From an uncultured Prolixibacteraceae bacterium (GTDB lineage Bacteria; Bacteroidota; Bacteroidia; Bacteroidales; FEN-979), in NCBI GenBank assembly GCA_964605775.1, contig CAZSDU010000011.1:1228-65227 (forward strand): DNA of 64,000 nucleotides. Reading direction: 5' to 3'. The translations under genes were made by a program, and so were the position numbers. Below are positions 1 to 8,761 of this stretch, one piece after another (the stretch's first letter is position 1; every line of letters begins with the position of its first letter). A model generated the notes under the pieces. The model saw nothing but the letters and a program-made list of their open reading frames with translations. It had not been told where the DNA came from and made no database searches.

Positions 1-276
1 TAATAATGTAAAGAAGTTGCATAATTCACGTTTTTCCAGTAACGCTAAACATAAGAAACATGATTCGGAATGCGTGAATGGTGTATTTCTCTTTTGTAAG
101 GGTTTGTCAAATGCTGGCTGAAGAAATGTCACCTTTGAAGTTTACGGATTCGGAGAGGATCAAAACGCATCACCTTTTGATAATCAGTTTCCCGAGGAAC
201 GATGTTATAACCGGACCGTCATTATAGATATTATCCCCGAAAAATAACTTGTTTTCAATCTCAATTTTTTTCTTGC

Positions 277-313
277 AAAAAGACTGTCGAACTGTTCCCG
301 GCAGTCTTTTTTT
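277..313. terminator. Bidirectional rho-independent terminator candidate
   Basis: Perfect 10-bp stem AAAAAGACTG (277-286) / CAGTCTTTTT (302-311) with a 15-nt loop. An A-run lies on the 5' side and a T-run (TTTTTTTG) on the 3' side. Confidence 0.5.
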
Positions 314-432
314 GTTTCCCCGGGGAGTACATGCGTGAATCATGTAACTATTAAATTGAATAGTGTAACGCTTTCCGGAATGATTGGACTGACCTTTGCA
401 TCGTACTAATTTACACCATCAAGCCTGACAAG

Positions 433-1404
433 ATGAATGGTAAATTACTCTATTTTTTTGTAGCGGTCACGCTATTGCCTATCACAAAGGAAACTTTCGG
501 ACAGGCTCCTGATTTGGGAGCAGCTTCAGGTTTTGCGTTATTTACAGCAGTTGGATCATTGGACAATACAGGAGCATCAACCGTAGCAGGGGATATTGGT
601 AGTAATACATATGCGGTAACCGGATTTCCTCCGGGAACCGTAGTTGGAACAATTTATTACCCCCCAAATCCTGTCTTAGCACAAGCTGCCATAGATGTTA
701 CGAATGCATATGCCTATTTGAGCACCCTGGGAGGTTCAGTTTTGGGAGTTGGCCTGGGAAACGGGCAAATCCTTACTCCAGGAGTTTACAACACGGGAGC
801 TGCCTCCACGTTAAACGGAAGTTTGATTTTAGATGGGCAAAATGATCCCGATGCGGTATTTATTATCAGGATAGGCGGGGCTTTCGCAACAGGTAACTCC
901 TCTGCGATTACCCTGATTAATTTAGCCTCTTCGTGCAATGTGTATTGGCAGATAGGCGGACAATTCGATTTAGGCGATGGTTCAGTTTTCAGGGGGACAA
1001 TTATTGTCGATGGAGCTATCAACTTAGTGGGTACATCGTACCTGAACGGCAGAGCTCTTTCAAAGGCAGGAGCAATCTCATTAATTGATAATAGCGTAAA
1101 TTTTTTGCCGGCAGCGGCAGGGACTGTATCAGGAACGGCTGTGGTTTGCCAGGGGCAGAAGGGCGTAATTTTTTCCATTCCTGCAATTGCCAATGCAACA
1201 AGCTATATCTGGACAATCCCTTCCGGGGCAACCATAACCTCCGGTGCCAATACCAATAGTATAACAGTAGATTTCACCATTAGTGCCGTCAGTGGCGATG
1301 TAACAGTGCAAGGCAGTAACAGTTGCGGCACGGGAATAGTTTCTGCAACGTATGCAGTCACCGTCAACTACCTTCCCATCACTTCGCTGATTTGGCATTT
1401 TTAA
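433..1404 (+). CDS. Secreted ice-binding-like (DUF3494) beta-helix protein with a C-terminal PKD-like domain and a short IWHF tail
   Basis: Signal peptide MNGKLLYFFVAVTLLPITKETFGQA. Residues ~25-225 match the DUF3494/ice-binding family pattern (LGAASGFALF..NTG.STV.GDIG..TGFPPG.V.G...LTPGVY...L.G.L.LDG..DP.AVFI......NV.WQ.GG...LG....F.GTI......I.L......NGR.L...GA.SL). Residues ~230-310 are a Bacteroidota PKD-like module (VCQGQ..ATSYIWT.PSGATITSG.NTNSITV.F....G.V.V...N.CG). There is no T9SS CTD; the protein ends PITSLIWHF. Confidence 0.8.
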   Translation: MNGKLLYFFVAVTLLPITKETFGQAPDLGAASGFALFTAVGSLDNTGASTVAGDIGSNTYAVTGFPPGTVVGTIYYPPNPVLAQAAIDVTNAYAYLSTLGGSVLGVGLGNGQILTPGVYNTGAASTLNGSLILDGQNDPDAVFIIRIGGAFATGNSSAITLINLASSCNVYWQIGGQFDLGDGSVFRGTIIVDGAINLVGTSYLNGRALSKAGAISLIDNSVNFLPAAAGTVSGTAVVCQGQKGVIFSIPAIANATSYIWTIPSGATITSGANTNSITVDFTISAVSGDVTVQGSNSCGTGIVSATYAVTVNYLPITSLIWHF

Positions 1405-1465
1405 CCGACAACAGAACACGAAATATATTTAACAACGAAAAGCTTAACAATTAATCAAACCAGCC

Positions 1466-2854
1466 ATGAAAACAACGATTCAATTTTTTCAACAATTCAT
1501 GATGCTGATACTTTCAGTTAGTGTACTGGGAGTGTGGGCACAGAATCAGGATCCCACACAAACTATTTGTGTGGGTAGTCAACCATATTATGTGGATCCG
1601 AGCTCAATACCCGGAGCAACATATAACTGGTCCGTCTCCGGTGGAGGAACAATCACCACAGGTATCGGAACTGAAAGTATTACGATTGATTGGACGACTG
1701 CGGGCGGGCCATACACTCTTTCCATTTATACAAGTGCAAATGGATGTGATGGGCCAGTCCAAACACTAGCTGTAACGGTTGTTTCCCAGCCAATCGGACC
1801 AACTCTTAATGTGAAAACTCCCAATCTTGCCAGTGTTTGCGAAGGGACAAATGTATCAGCAACCTTCCTCGCAGGAAGTGGTGGGGTTGGATGTAGCGAT
1901 GCGTTCGAATACCGGTTTGATGGCGGCACCTGGACTGCTTATACACCAGGAGCGAGTCTGAATACGACAGGACATACTTCCGTTGAAATACAAGGCCAGC
2001 GAAGTGGGTGTACCTTAGGTAGCGGATGTACCGGCTCCTCCTGGGTTACTCTTGCCAGTTGGTTAGTGGCTCCAATGCCTGCAGCAACTATTTCCTACGC
2101 AGGTTCTCCATTCTGTACCTCTGTGGCAACTCCTCAGGCAGTCACACGAACAGGAACTGCGGGTGGAGTTTACAGCTCCACCGCTGGATTAACGATCGAT
2201 GCTTCGACCGGAGCTATTACCCCAGGTACAAGCACTCCAGGTAGCTATACGGTCACCTATACGATTGCCGCAGCTGGCGGATGTGATGAAGTAACTGCGA
2301 CTGCTTCGGTCACAATAACCATTGCACCTGTTGCAGCTATTTCCTACGCAGGTTCTCCATTCTGTACCTCTGTGGCAACTCCTCAGGCAGTCACACGAAC
2401 AGGAACTGCGGGTGGAGTTTTCAGCTCCACCGCTGGATTAACGATCGATGCTTCCACCGGAGCAATTACCCCAGGTACCAGTACTCCGGGTAGCTATACG
2501 GTCACCTATACAATTGCCGCATCCGGCGGATGTGCTGAAGTAACTGCGACTGCTTCGGTCACAATAACCATTGCACCTGCGGCAACTATTTCCTACGCAG
2601 GTTCTCCATTCTGTACCATTGTTGCAACTCCTCAGGAGGTCACACGAACAGGAACTGCAGGTGGAATTTATAGTTCAACAGCCGGATTGGCCATTAATGC
2701 ATCGACCGGAGCTATTACCCCAGGTACCAGCACGCCAGGCACCTATCTTGTTAGTTATACGATTGCAGCATCCGGCGGATGTGCTGAAGTCATTGCAACT
2801 GCTTCGGTAACCATTAATGAAACTCCGGCCACTTCACCCATCTGGCACAATTAA
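1466..2854 (+). CDS. Secreted PKD-like/Ig-like repeat protein with an IWHN tail
   Basis: Signal peptide ending VWAQ. N-terminal PKD-like module (ICVGSQPYYVDP..GATYNWSV.GG.I..G.GT.SITIDW...G.Y.L.....NGCDG). Three 83-aa near-identical repeats follow (ISYAGSPFCTSVATPQAVTRTGTAGG..SSTAGLTIDASTGAITPGTSTPGSYTVTYTIAA.GGC.EVTATASVTI). There is no T9SS CTD; the protein ends PATSPIWHN. Confidence 0.75.
   Translation: MKTTIQFFQQFMMLILSVSVLGVWAQNQDPTQTICVGSQPYYVDPSSIPGATYNWSVSGGGTITTGIGTESITIDWTTAGGPYTLSIYTSANGCDGPVQTLAVTVVSQPIGPTLNVKTPNLASVCEGTNVSATFLAGSGGVGCSDAFEYRFDGGTWTAYTPGASLNTTGHTSVEIQGQRSGCTLGSGCTGSSWVTLASWLVAPMPAATISYAGSPFCTSVATPQAVTRTGTAGGVYSSTAGLTIDASTGAITPGTSTPGSYTVTYTIAAAGGCDEVTATASVTITIAPVAAISYAGSPFCTSVATPQAVTRTGTAGGVFSSTAGLTIDASTGAITPGTSTPGSYTVTYTIAASGGCAEVTATASVTITIAPAATISYAGSPFCTIVATPQEVTRTGTAGGIYSSTAGLAINASTGAITPGTSTPGTYLVSYTIAASGGCAEVIATASVTINETPATSPIWHN
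2081..2827 (+). repeat. Three tandem 249-bp (83-codon) in-frame direct repeats inside the 1466-2854 CDS
   Basis: The motif ctatttcctacgcaggttctccattctgtacc recurs at 2088, 2337 and 2586, a period of exactly 249 bp. Copies 1 and 2 differ at only a handful of positions; copy 3 is more diverged. Confidence 0.95.
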
Positions 2855-2877
2855 CCGTATTGCAAAAGTGATCAAAA

Positions 2878-5307
2878 ATGCTTAACCAGATCCGATATAT
2901 ACTTGTGTTTTGCGTGGCGCTGTTCAGCAGCCTCAGTGCAGCGGCTCAGCTAGCCATGCCCGACAGTGTATGTATCGGATCTGCAAAGCATTATTATGTA
3001 GATCCTAATCCTGAACCTGGCTCAACATATACCTGGAGAATAGACGGTATCACTCAGGTTGGTTCCACTACGAATGCCATTGATATTACCTGGAATACGA
3101 TAGGTACCTATTTACTGGAGGTCCAGGAGCTATCAGGGAATGGATGCCCCGGGGCATTCATATCAGGACAGGTAATGGTTAATTCCTTGCCTGCAGCGAT
3201 TGCCGGAGAAGACAGAACTATTTGCTTGAATGAAAGTACGCAGATCGGTGCGGAGAATGTTCCCGGCAGTACATATAGCTGGAGTTCCGTTCCTGTCGGG
3301 TTTACATCAACCCTTTCCAATCCAGTCGTAACCCCGCTGGAGACAACTACTTATACAGTTGTCGAAATCATTACATCCAGCGGTTGCAGTAACAGCAATG
3401 GTGTTGTTGTAACGGTAAATCCTGAACAGCCGGTCAGCGTATCGATAGCCGCATCTGAGAATCCGGTCTGTGCAGGCACCCTGGTCACTTTCACGGCTAC
3501 GCCGACCAACGGCGGGACACCCCCCCTTTATCAGTGGTATGTAAATACGGTTGCTGTCGGAACCAATAGCTCCATTTATGCTTATGTCCCGGTCACCGGC
3601 GACCAGGTGTATGTGGTGTTGACCTCCAATGCAACTTGTGCAAGCGGCAATCCGGCTACATCCAACGAGGTAACGATGACTGTCAATACAGGACCTTTAG
3701 TGTCGGCTGGGCCGGATGGGGTTACTTGTCAGAATATCTCTTTCACCGTTAAGATTGCATCCGTCACCAATGCTTCCACTATTTTATGGACTCACAACGG
3801 AATTGGCACCCTGACGGGTGCAACTACCATCAACCCGGTCTATACCCCGGATCCGCAAGAATCGGGAATTGTTATCCTGACACTAACTGCCCAGGGACTA
3901 CCTCCATGCGGACCGGCATCTGACCAGATGACCCTGACCATTAACCAGCAGGTTATTGCAAACGCGGGTGATGACGCCACTGTTTGCGAGCATCAATCCT
4001 ATATCCTGTCAAATGCGAGTGCGCAAAACTTCTCCGCCGTTACCTGGACAACATCCGGCACGGGCCCCTTCAATGATCCCAACCTGTTGAATCCTACATA
4101 TACTCCCAGTGTGACGGATAATCTCGCGGGATATGTTATCCTGACATTGACAGCAAACGGACATCCTTTTTGTGACGATGTGATTGATTCAATGATGCTT
4201 ACGATCATAAGAGCGCCCGTCGCCAGTGTTGGACCTGATCTCAGTACTTGTCCGGGAGAATCGGTGTCCGTCTCAGAGGCTTCAGCCCAGAACTACAGTT
4301 CATTGTTATGGACGCACAACGGACTTGGTTCACTGAGCAATACCACTACATTGACGCCTGTTTATACACCAACTCCATCTGAGCAGGGAAGTATCATCCT
4401 GACCCTTACAGTTAATGGAATGGAAGTGTGCAGTGATACCGTGATCCAGCTACAATTGACCATCACCATCCACCCACTCATTCTGGTGAATGCCGGCTCA
4501 ACACAGTCAATACCGGCGGGTACCTCAACCAGGCTCTCTGGTCAGGCTACCGGAAGCCCTGGTCCCTTCGCATTTGAGTGGCAACCGGCAACCTTGGTAC
4601 TGGATTATACCACTCAAAACCCGGAAACAGTCATTTTGACTGAACCCGTTACCTTCTGGTTGACCGTAACTGATCTGTTGACCGGATGCAAGGCGACCGA
4701 CAGTGTGAGGATTAACATACTTTCTTCCAATCTCCCGCCGGTGGCTGTTCAGGATCTTGGTTCAACCCGAATGAACATCCCTGTTACTGTATATATTCTT
4801 AAAAACGATTATGATCCCGACGGTTCCATCACAGGCGTAACACTCTACAGAGGCCCCGATAACGGGCTGGTGGTTCTAAATCCCGATAATACCATAACCT
4901 ATTCACCGGATGCGGGGTTTATCGGCACCGATTCCTTGTCCTACTTCATTTGCGACAATGGTCTCCCCGTGCTATGCGATACAGCAACCGTTTATATCCT
5001 TGTCAGGGGAGATTCAATTAGCGACCGGTTGACGATTTATAATGTGATAACACCCAATGACGATGGAGACAATGATCGTTGGATCATCGATGGAATAGAC
5101 CATTTCCCGGATAACTCGGTGACCATTTTCAATCGCTGGGGAGACAAAATCTATGATTATGATCGCTACGACAACGAAACGGTCGTCTGGAAAGGAACTG
5201 ACCGGCAGGGTCATCTTGTTCCTGACGGTACCTACTACTATATTCTGACAATAAAGGACGGTGGAAGCTGGAATGGATGGGTTTTTATTCGTCGCGGAGG
5301 TAACTAA
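2878..5307 (+). CDS. Large cell-surface adhesin-like protein with a T9SS type-B (gliding-motility-associated, CHU_C-type) C-terminal sorting domain
   Basis: Signal peptide ending AAAQ and an N-terminal PKD-like module. Three diverged ~80-aa modules (AG.D...C......LS.ASAQN.S...WT..G.G........L.P.YTP.....G...LTLT..G). A cadherin/Ig-like segment (PPVAVQD....MN.PVTV.ILKNDYDPDGSI...TL...P.NG.V......TITY.PD.GF.G.DS..Y.ICDN). The C-terminus YNVITPNDDGDNDRWIIDGIDHFPDNSVTIFNRWGDKIYDYDRYDNETVVWKGTDRQGHLVPDGTYYYILTI...GWVFIRR fits the type-B CTD pattern (TIGR04131-like). Confidence 0.85.
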   Translation: MLNQIRYILVFCVALFSSLSAAAQLAMPDSVCIGSAKHYYVDPNPEPGSTYTWRIDGITQVGSTTNAIDITWNTIGTYLLEVQELSGNGCPGAFISGQVMVNSLPAAIAGEDRTICLNESTQIGAENVPGSTYSWSSVPVGFTSTLSNPVVTPLETTTYTVVEIITSSGCSNSNGVVVTVNPEQPVSVSIAASENPVCAGTLVTFTATPTNGGTPPLYQWYVNTVAVGTNSSIYAYVPVTGDQVYVVLTSNATCASGNPATSNEVTMTVNTGPLVSAGPDGVTCQNISFTVKIASVTNASTILWTHNGIGTLTGATTINPVYTPDPQESGIVILTLTAQGLPPCGPASDQMTLTINQQVIANAGDDATVCEHQSYILSNASAQNFSAVTWTTSGTGPFNDPNLLNPTYTPSVTDNLAGYVILTLTANGHPFCDDVIDSMMLTIIRAPVASVGPDLSTCPGESVSVSEASAQNYSSLLWTHNGLGSLSNTTTLTPVYTPTPSEQGSIILTLTVNGMEVCSDTVIQLQLTITIHPLILVNAGSTQSIPAGTSTRLSGQATGSPGPFAFEWQPATLVLDYTTQNPETVILTEPVTFWLTVTDLLTGCKATDSVRINILSSNLPPVAVQDLGSTRMNIPVTVYILKNDYDPDGSITGVTLYRGPDNGLVVLNPDNTITYSPDAGFIGTDSLSYFICDNGLPVLCDTATVYILVRGDSISDRLTIYNVITPNDDGDNDRWIIDGIDHFPDNSVTIFNRWGDKIYDYDRYDNETVVWKGTDRQGHLVPDGTYYYILTIKDGGSWNGWVFIRRGGN

Positions 5308-5308
5308 A

Positions 5309-6265
5309 ATGTTAACAAATAATATCCATAAAGAGATGAAAAGAGTGTTGGCAATTGCCCTGTTCGTAATTTCGGCAGTGACCTATGGCCAACAGGATCC
5401 TTTATATACACAGTACATGTATAATAAACTTGCTATCAACCCTGGATATGCGGGAAGCCATGAATTGTTTTCGATGGAAGCTCTCACCAGAATCCAGTGG
5501 GTTGGTATAAAAGGTGCCCCCAGAACGACCTCATTGTCTCTGCATACTCAGTTGCGAAATCCTCATATAGCTCTCGGCCTCTATGCTTACACCGATCGAT
5601 TGGGACCTACGGTTGATTACGGAATCATGGGTAATTTTACCTACAGGGTCATTTTTAAGAACAGCAAGCTTTGTTTCGGGGTTAATGCAGGCTTCAAGTA
5701 TTATAACATTGATTTCGAAACGCTCGAAGCAAAAGATCCGGGAGATATTGAACTCATTAACAAGGTAAAAAACAGAGCAGTGCCTGATGTTGATTTTGGA
5801 ATCTATTATTACACGCCACAATTTTATGTCGGCCTATCATCCAAACATCTTTTACAAAATCAAATGTCGGTATCAAGCTCTCCCGCACCTGACACGAAAT
5901 CAAGCTTTTCCAAACTAAAACGCCATTTTTATGGAATAGGTGGTGCTGCGTTCCCGTTATCGAAAGATCTTGTATTCATGCCTTCCCTTTTACTAAAACT
6001 TGTTGAAGGAGCGCCACTTCAAATCGATGTCAACACAAGTTTTCTTATTCTCAACGTATTGACAGTGGGGGCTTCTTACAGAACCAACGCCGCCCTTGCC
6101 TTTATGGTCTCAGTCAACATAACCAAAAACCTGTCAATCGGATATTCTTACGACATTTGGTTTAATCGTCTCCAGGGATACAACCAAGGGTCCCATGAGA
6201 TCCGGGTAGGGTATGACTTCAACATATTCGGAAACTCGAGAATGCTAACACCCAGATACTTCTAA
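5309..6265 (+). CDS. T9SS membrane protein, PorP/SprF family
   Basis: Hallmark N-terminus after the signal peptide: GQQDPLYTQYMYNKLAINPGYAGS, with beta-barrel-like alternation to a C-terminal F. The ATG at 5309 lies 1 nt after the stop of the type-B CTD gene. An alternative start is MKRVL at 5336. The tracked ORF start at 5261 overlaps the upstream CDS and is unlikely. Confidence 0.9.
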   Translation: MLTNNIHKEMKRVLAIALFVISAVTYGQQDPLYTQYMYNKLAINPGYAGSHELFSMEALTRIQWVGIKGAPRTTSLSLHTQLRNPHIALGLYAYTDRLGPTVDYGIMGNFTYRVIFKNSKLCFGVNAGFKYYNIDFETLEAKDPGDIELINKVKNRAVPDVDFGIYYYTPQFYVGLSSKHLLQNQMSVSSSPAPDTKSSFSKLKRHFYGIGGAAFPLSKDLVFMPSLLLKLVEGAPLQIDVNTSFLILNVLTVGASYRTNAALAFMVSVNITKNLSIGYSYDIWFNRLQGYNQGSHEIRVGYDFNIFGNSRMLTPRYF

Positions 6266-8340
6266 TGTCCAATCTCACAAATAAAATGAAAAAAAAGGGC
6301 CTAGGCATCATTCTTATCATCGCCACAGGGATTGGCATGTTGTCTTGCGGACAGATAAAAAAAATACACAAACATATGGATCTGTATAACTATTCAGAGG
6401 CCTTATCAATTCTGAACAGATCGTGGCAAAAAGAGAACACCGATAAACAGGAGATCACTCTTCTGATGGCAGAATGTTACTATAAACAAAACAATATCCA
6501 GCAAGCACAGGAATGGTATGAAAAGACCCTTGTATACGGGAATCCCGAACCGGTTACCCTGTTCCATTATGCACAAATTTTACGTTCAAGTGGCAATTAC
6601 CGGAAAGCAAAAGAGTACTTCTTAATCTATTATGAACGCGTCCCTGGTGACCAACGCGCAAATATCCTGGCAGGATATTGTGACAGTGTTCTTGTCTGGC
6701 AAGATATTCCTCCTGTATACGAGGTAAAAAATGTAGCCTCCCTGAATTCGGAACAGTCCGAATTTGGTCCCGTTTTTTATGAAAACCGGTTGTGCTTTAC
6801 CTCCGATCGCATAATTTCGAAAAATAGCAGGGACAAATATGGCTGGACCGGGAACAGCTACCTGCGTCTGTTCTATGCCGAACCGATTGTTGCTGATGAC
6901 TTTTATAACGAGTTTAAAGAGATTAGACTTGCGCCTGATCTGTTTAATCAAACGTATCATGACGGGCCTGCATCCTTCAACCATAATTATTCCGACATGT
7001 ATTTTAATCGTACTACCCTATTCAATGATCAAGGGAAAAAGGACCAGAACCGGATCAGGACCCACCTGTTGAAAATATACAGTACCGAACGGAATGAAAC
7101 AAAATGGAGAAAGCCTGTCCCTTTTTTCCTCAATAATGACACCTGCTCCGTTGGCCACCCTTCGCTCTCTCTGGATGGCAACGTACTTTATTTTGTGTCA
7201 GATATGGAAGGCGGATATGGTGGCACAGATCTTTACCTGTGCCGTCGTGATGATTCCGGATGGAGTCATCCCGCCAACCTGGGTTCGGTAATCAATACAT
7301 TCGGTAATGAAATGTTCCCGTTCGTCGCTGAAAACGGAGATCTCTATTTCGCATCCGACGGGCATCCCGGTTTTGGCGGACTCGATCTCTTCCTTACCCG
7401 TCAAATAGCCAATAATACGTGGTTACGACCCCAGAACCTGAACCAGCCAATCAATACATCCTTTGATGACTTCTCGCTTTGCATCGCAGGAAATAATAAA
7501 AATGGCGTGTTCAGCTCGAATCGACCGGGAGGACTGGGAGATGATGATCTTTACCTGTTCCGGAAGTTGGTTGAAGTTCCCCCGGAGCCAATGCTGATAG
7601 AAAATACCTACCTCACCGGGTTTGTGAAAGACAAGAGAACCCTTAATCCCATCAAGGAAGCCACTGTTTTCCTCCTTGATCAGGGAACAAACCGAGTTGT
7701 AATTTTAAAAACAGACGCCAATGGATTATACAAAACGCAGATTGACCCCGGAGTATCTTATACAGGCAAAGCCATGCATCCCGGATATATCTCCGATTGT
7801 TATCTATTGACGCCCGACACGGGGAGTATAATCTATGAGCGGTTCGCCCCGCGAGATCTTCTTCTTGATAGGCTGCAGGAGAACCGGACGTTTGTCCTGG
7901 AAAATATTTATTACGATCTCGATAACTCGTACATACGCCCTGATGCCGAACAGGCACTGGATAAACTGGTTTCAATCATGAAGGAAAATCCGGTAAGTAT
8001 CGAACTTGGTTCACATTGCGACTCCAGGGCAAGTGACTCCTATAACATGATATTATCGCAACACCGGGCCGAGTCAGCGATCCGGTATGTTGTTTCGAAA
8101 GGTGTTAACCCTGACCGGCTTACTGCAAAGGGTTATGGCGAGACGCAACTTGTTAATAAATGCAGGAATGATGTTCCATGCACCGAAGAGGAACATCAGA
8201 TGAACCGGAGAACCGAATTCAAAGTGATCTCTCACTATGAAGATATAAAGAAAGAAGCATTCAATCCGTCCCATTTCCTTGCAGGTGACAGTCTGGATGC
8301 AGGTTTGCTGCCAGACCGCTTTTTTGACATTTGCAGATAA
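6265..8340 (+). CDS. OmpA-family outer-membrane/peptidoglycan-associated protein with TPR, PD40-type beta-propeller and CarboxypepD_reg-like regions
   Basis: Lipoprotein-like signal (GMLSCG) and TPR-like helices (AECYYKQNNIQQAQEWYEK). PD40/TolB-like repeats (LYFVSDMEGGYGGTDLY, LYFASDGHPGFGGLDLF, GVFSSNRPGGLGDDDLY). The C-terminal OmpA_C motif is NIYYDLDNSYIRPDAEQALDKLV.....NP.SIELGSHCDSR.S..YN..LS..RA.S...Y....G....RL...GYGE...........NRRTEFKV. The start ATG overlaps the PorP stop (TAATG). Confidence 0.9.
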   Translation: MSNLTNKMKKKGLGIILIIATGIGMLSCGQIKKIHKHMDLYNYSEALSILNRSWQKENTDKQEITLLMAECYYKQNNIQQAQEWYEKTLVYGNPEPVTLFHYAQILRSSGNYRKAKEYFLIYYERVPGDQRANILAGYCDSVLVWQDIPPVYEVKNVASLNSEQSEFGPVFYENRLCFTSDRIISKNSRDKYGWTGNSYLRLFYAEPIVADDFYNEFKEIRLAPDLFNQTYHDGPASFNHNYSDMYFNRTTLFNDQGKKDQNRIRTHLLKIYSTERNETKWRKPVPFFLNNDTCSVGHPSLSLDGNVLYFVSDMEGGYGGTDLYLCRRDDSGWSHPANLGSVINTFGNEMFPFVAENGDLYFASDGHPGFGGLDLFLTRQIANNTWLRPQNLNQPINTSFDDFSLCIAGNNKNGVFSSNRPGGLGDDDLYLFRKLVEVPPEPMLIENTYLTGFVKDKRTLNPIKEATVFLLDQGTNRVVILKTDANGLYKTQIDPGVSYTGKAMHPGYISDCYLLTPDTGSIIYERFAPRDLLLDRLQENRTFVLENIYYDLDNSYIRPDAEQALDKLVSIMKENPVSIELGSHCDSRASDSYNMILSQHRAESAIRYVVSKGVNPDRLTAKGYGETQLVNKCRNDVPCTEEEHQMNRRTEFKVISHYEDIKKEAFNPSHFLAGDSLDAGLLPDRFFDICR

Positions 8341-8344
8341 CAAT

Positions 8345-8563
8345 GATTCGTGTGTGAATTGTTTTTCCAATGCGGTAATCCATGTCTTTCAGTTCATTCG
8401 CAACTTTACGATACCCATTCTCCAAAAATTCGGTTCCAAGGATTGTTTTTATTTCAACTTTCACGTGATCATTTGGAAGCATGAGCCGATCTCCCTAAAG
8501 TGTCTGCTTACTCGGTTTCCGACCACGCTTACCCTGGCGATTCTTGTTATAATAACTGCTATT
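8345..8563 (-). pseudogene. Degraded transposase/integrase-like fragment (IS3-family OrfB N-terminal-like)
   Basis: The minus-strand translation reads YYNKNRQGKRGRKPSKQTL*GDRLMLPNDHVKVEIKTILGTEFLENGYRKVANELKDMDYRIGKTIHTRIIV. It resembles the region before the rve core of IS3-type transposases (..I..I......YGYRK....L.......N.K.V.R.M). It has an in-frame TAG, no catalytic domain, and is cut off at the ompA-like gene. Confidence 0.3.
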
Positions 8564-8666
8564 AAATAGTGTGGGGTGAGAATGGTTAAGTCTGAAATGC
8601 TAAGTCCGAACTGTGAAATGCGAAATCCATCGGACTTCAGACTTTATAGTTCGGACTTGAACAGCG

Positions 8667-8750
8667 TACCCGGAGCCGGAATCGAACCGGCACGAGTGTT
8701 ACCTCATTGGTTTTTGAGACCAACGCGTCTACCTATTCCGCCATCCGGGC
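8667..8750 (-). tRNA. tRNA-Leu (anticodon CAA)
   Basis: The reverse complement reads GCCCGGATGGCGGAATAGGTAGACGCGTTGGTCTCAAAACCAATGAGGTAACACTCGTGCCGGTTCGATTCCGGCTCCGGGTA. It has a 7-bp acceptor stem (G1-U72 wobble) and an anticodon stem TTGGT/ACCAA with loop CTCAAAA. The long variable arm is typical of Leu, and the T-arm is GCCGG-TTCGATT-CCGGC. CCA is not encoded. Confidence 0.9.
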
Positions 8751-8761
8751 GAAGAGAGTGT

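Noticed and set aside
1-260. Possible 3' end of a gene entering from the left edge. Frame 2 is open from position 2 to 247 apart from a TGA at 119-121.
   Set aside because: The translation (NNVKKLHNSRFSS...; ...VTFEVYGFGEDQNASPFDNQFPEE...) matches nothing I recognise and is interrupted by the stop. It may be a decayed gene or non-coding, so no call was made.
786-1419. Three overlapping minus-strand ORFs inside the ice-binding-like gene, and similar antisense ORFs inside most long genes (e.g. 21243-21836, 28859-29416, 15625-16137)
   Set aside because: In each case the opposite strand carries a full-length CDS with clear family motifs. The antisense translations are low-complexity or have unusual composition.
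2081-2827. Possibility that the three tandem repeats are a diversity-generating retroelement template/variable pair
   Set aside because: Differences between copies are not restricted to adenine positions (examples: a>g, a>t, g>c, t>a, c>t). No reverse transcriptase gene occurs in the window.
5261-5308. N-terminal extension of the PorP/SprF ORF as tracked (start 5261)
   Set aside because: It overlaps the last 47 nt of the type-B CTD gene in another frame and adds non-signal-peptide residues. The ATG at 5309 or 5336 gives a normal signal peptide directly before the QQDPLYTQYMYN motif.
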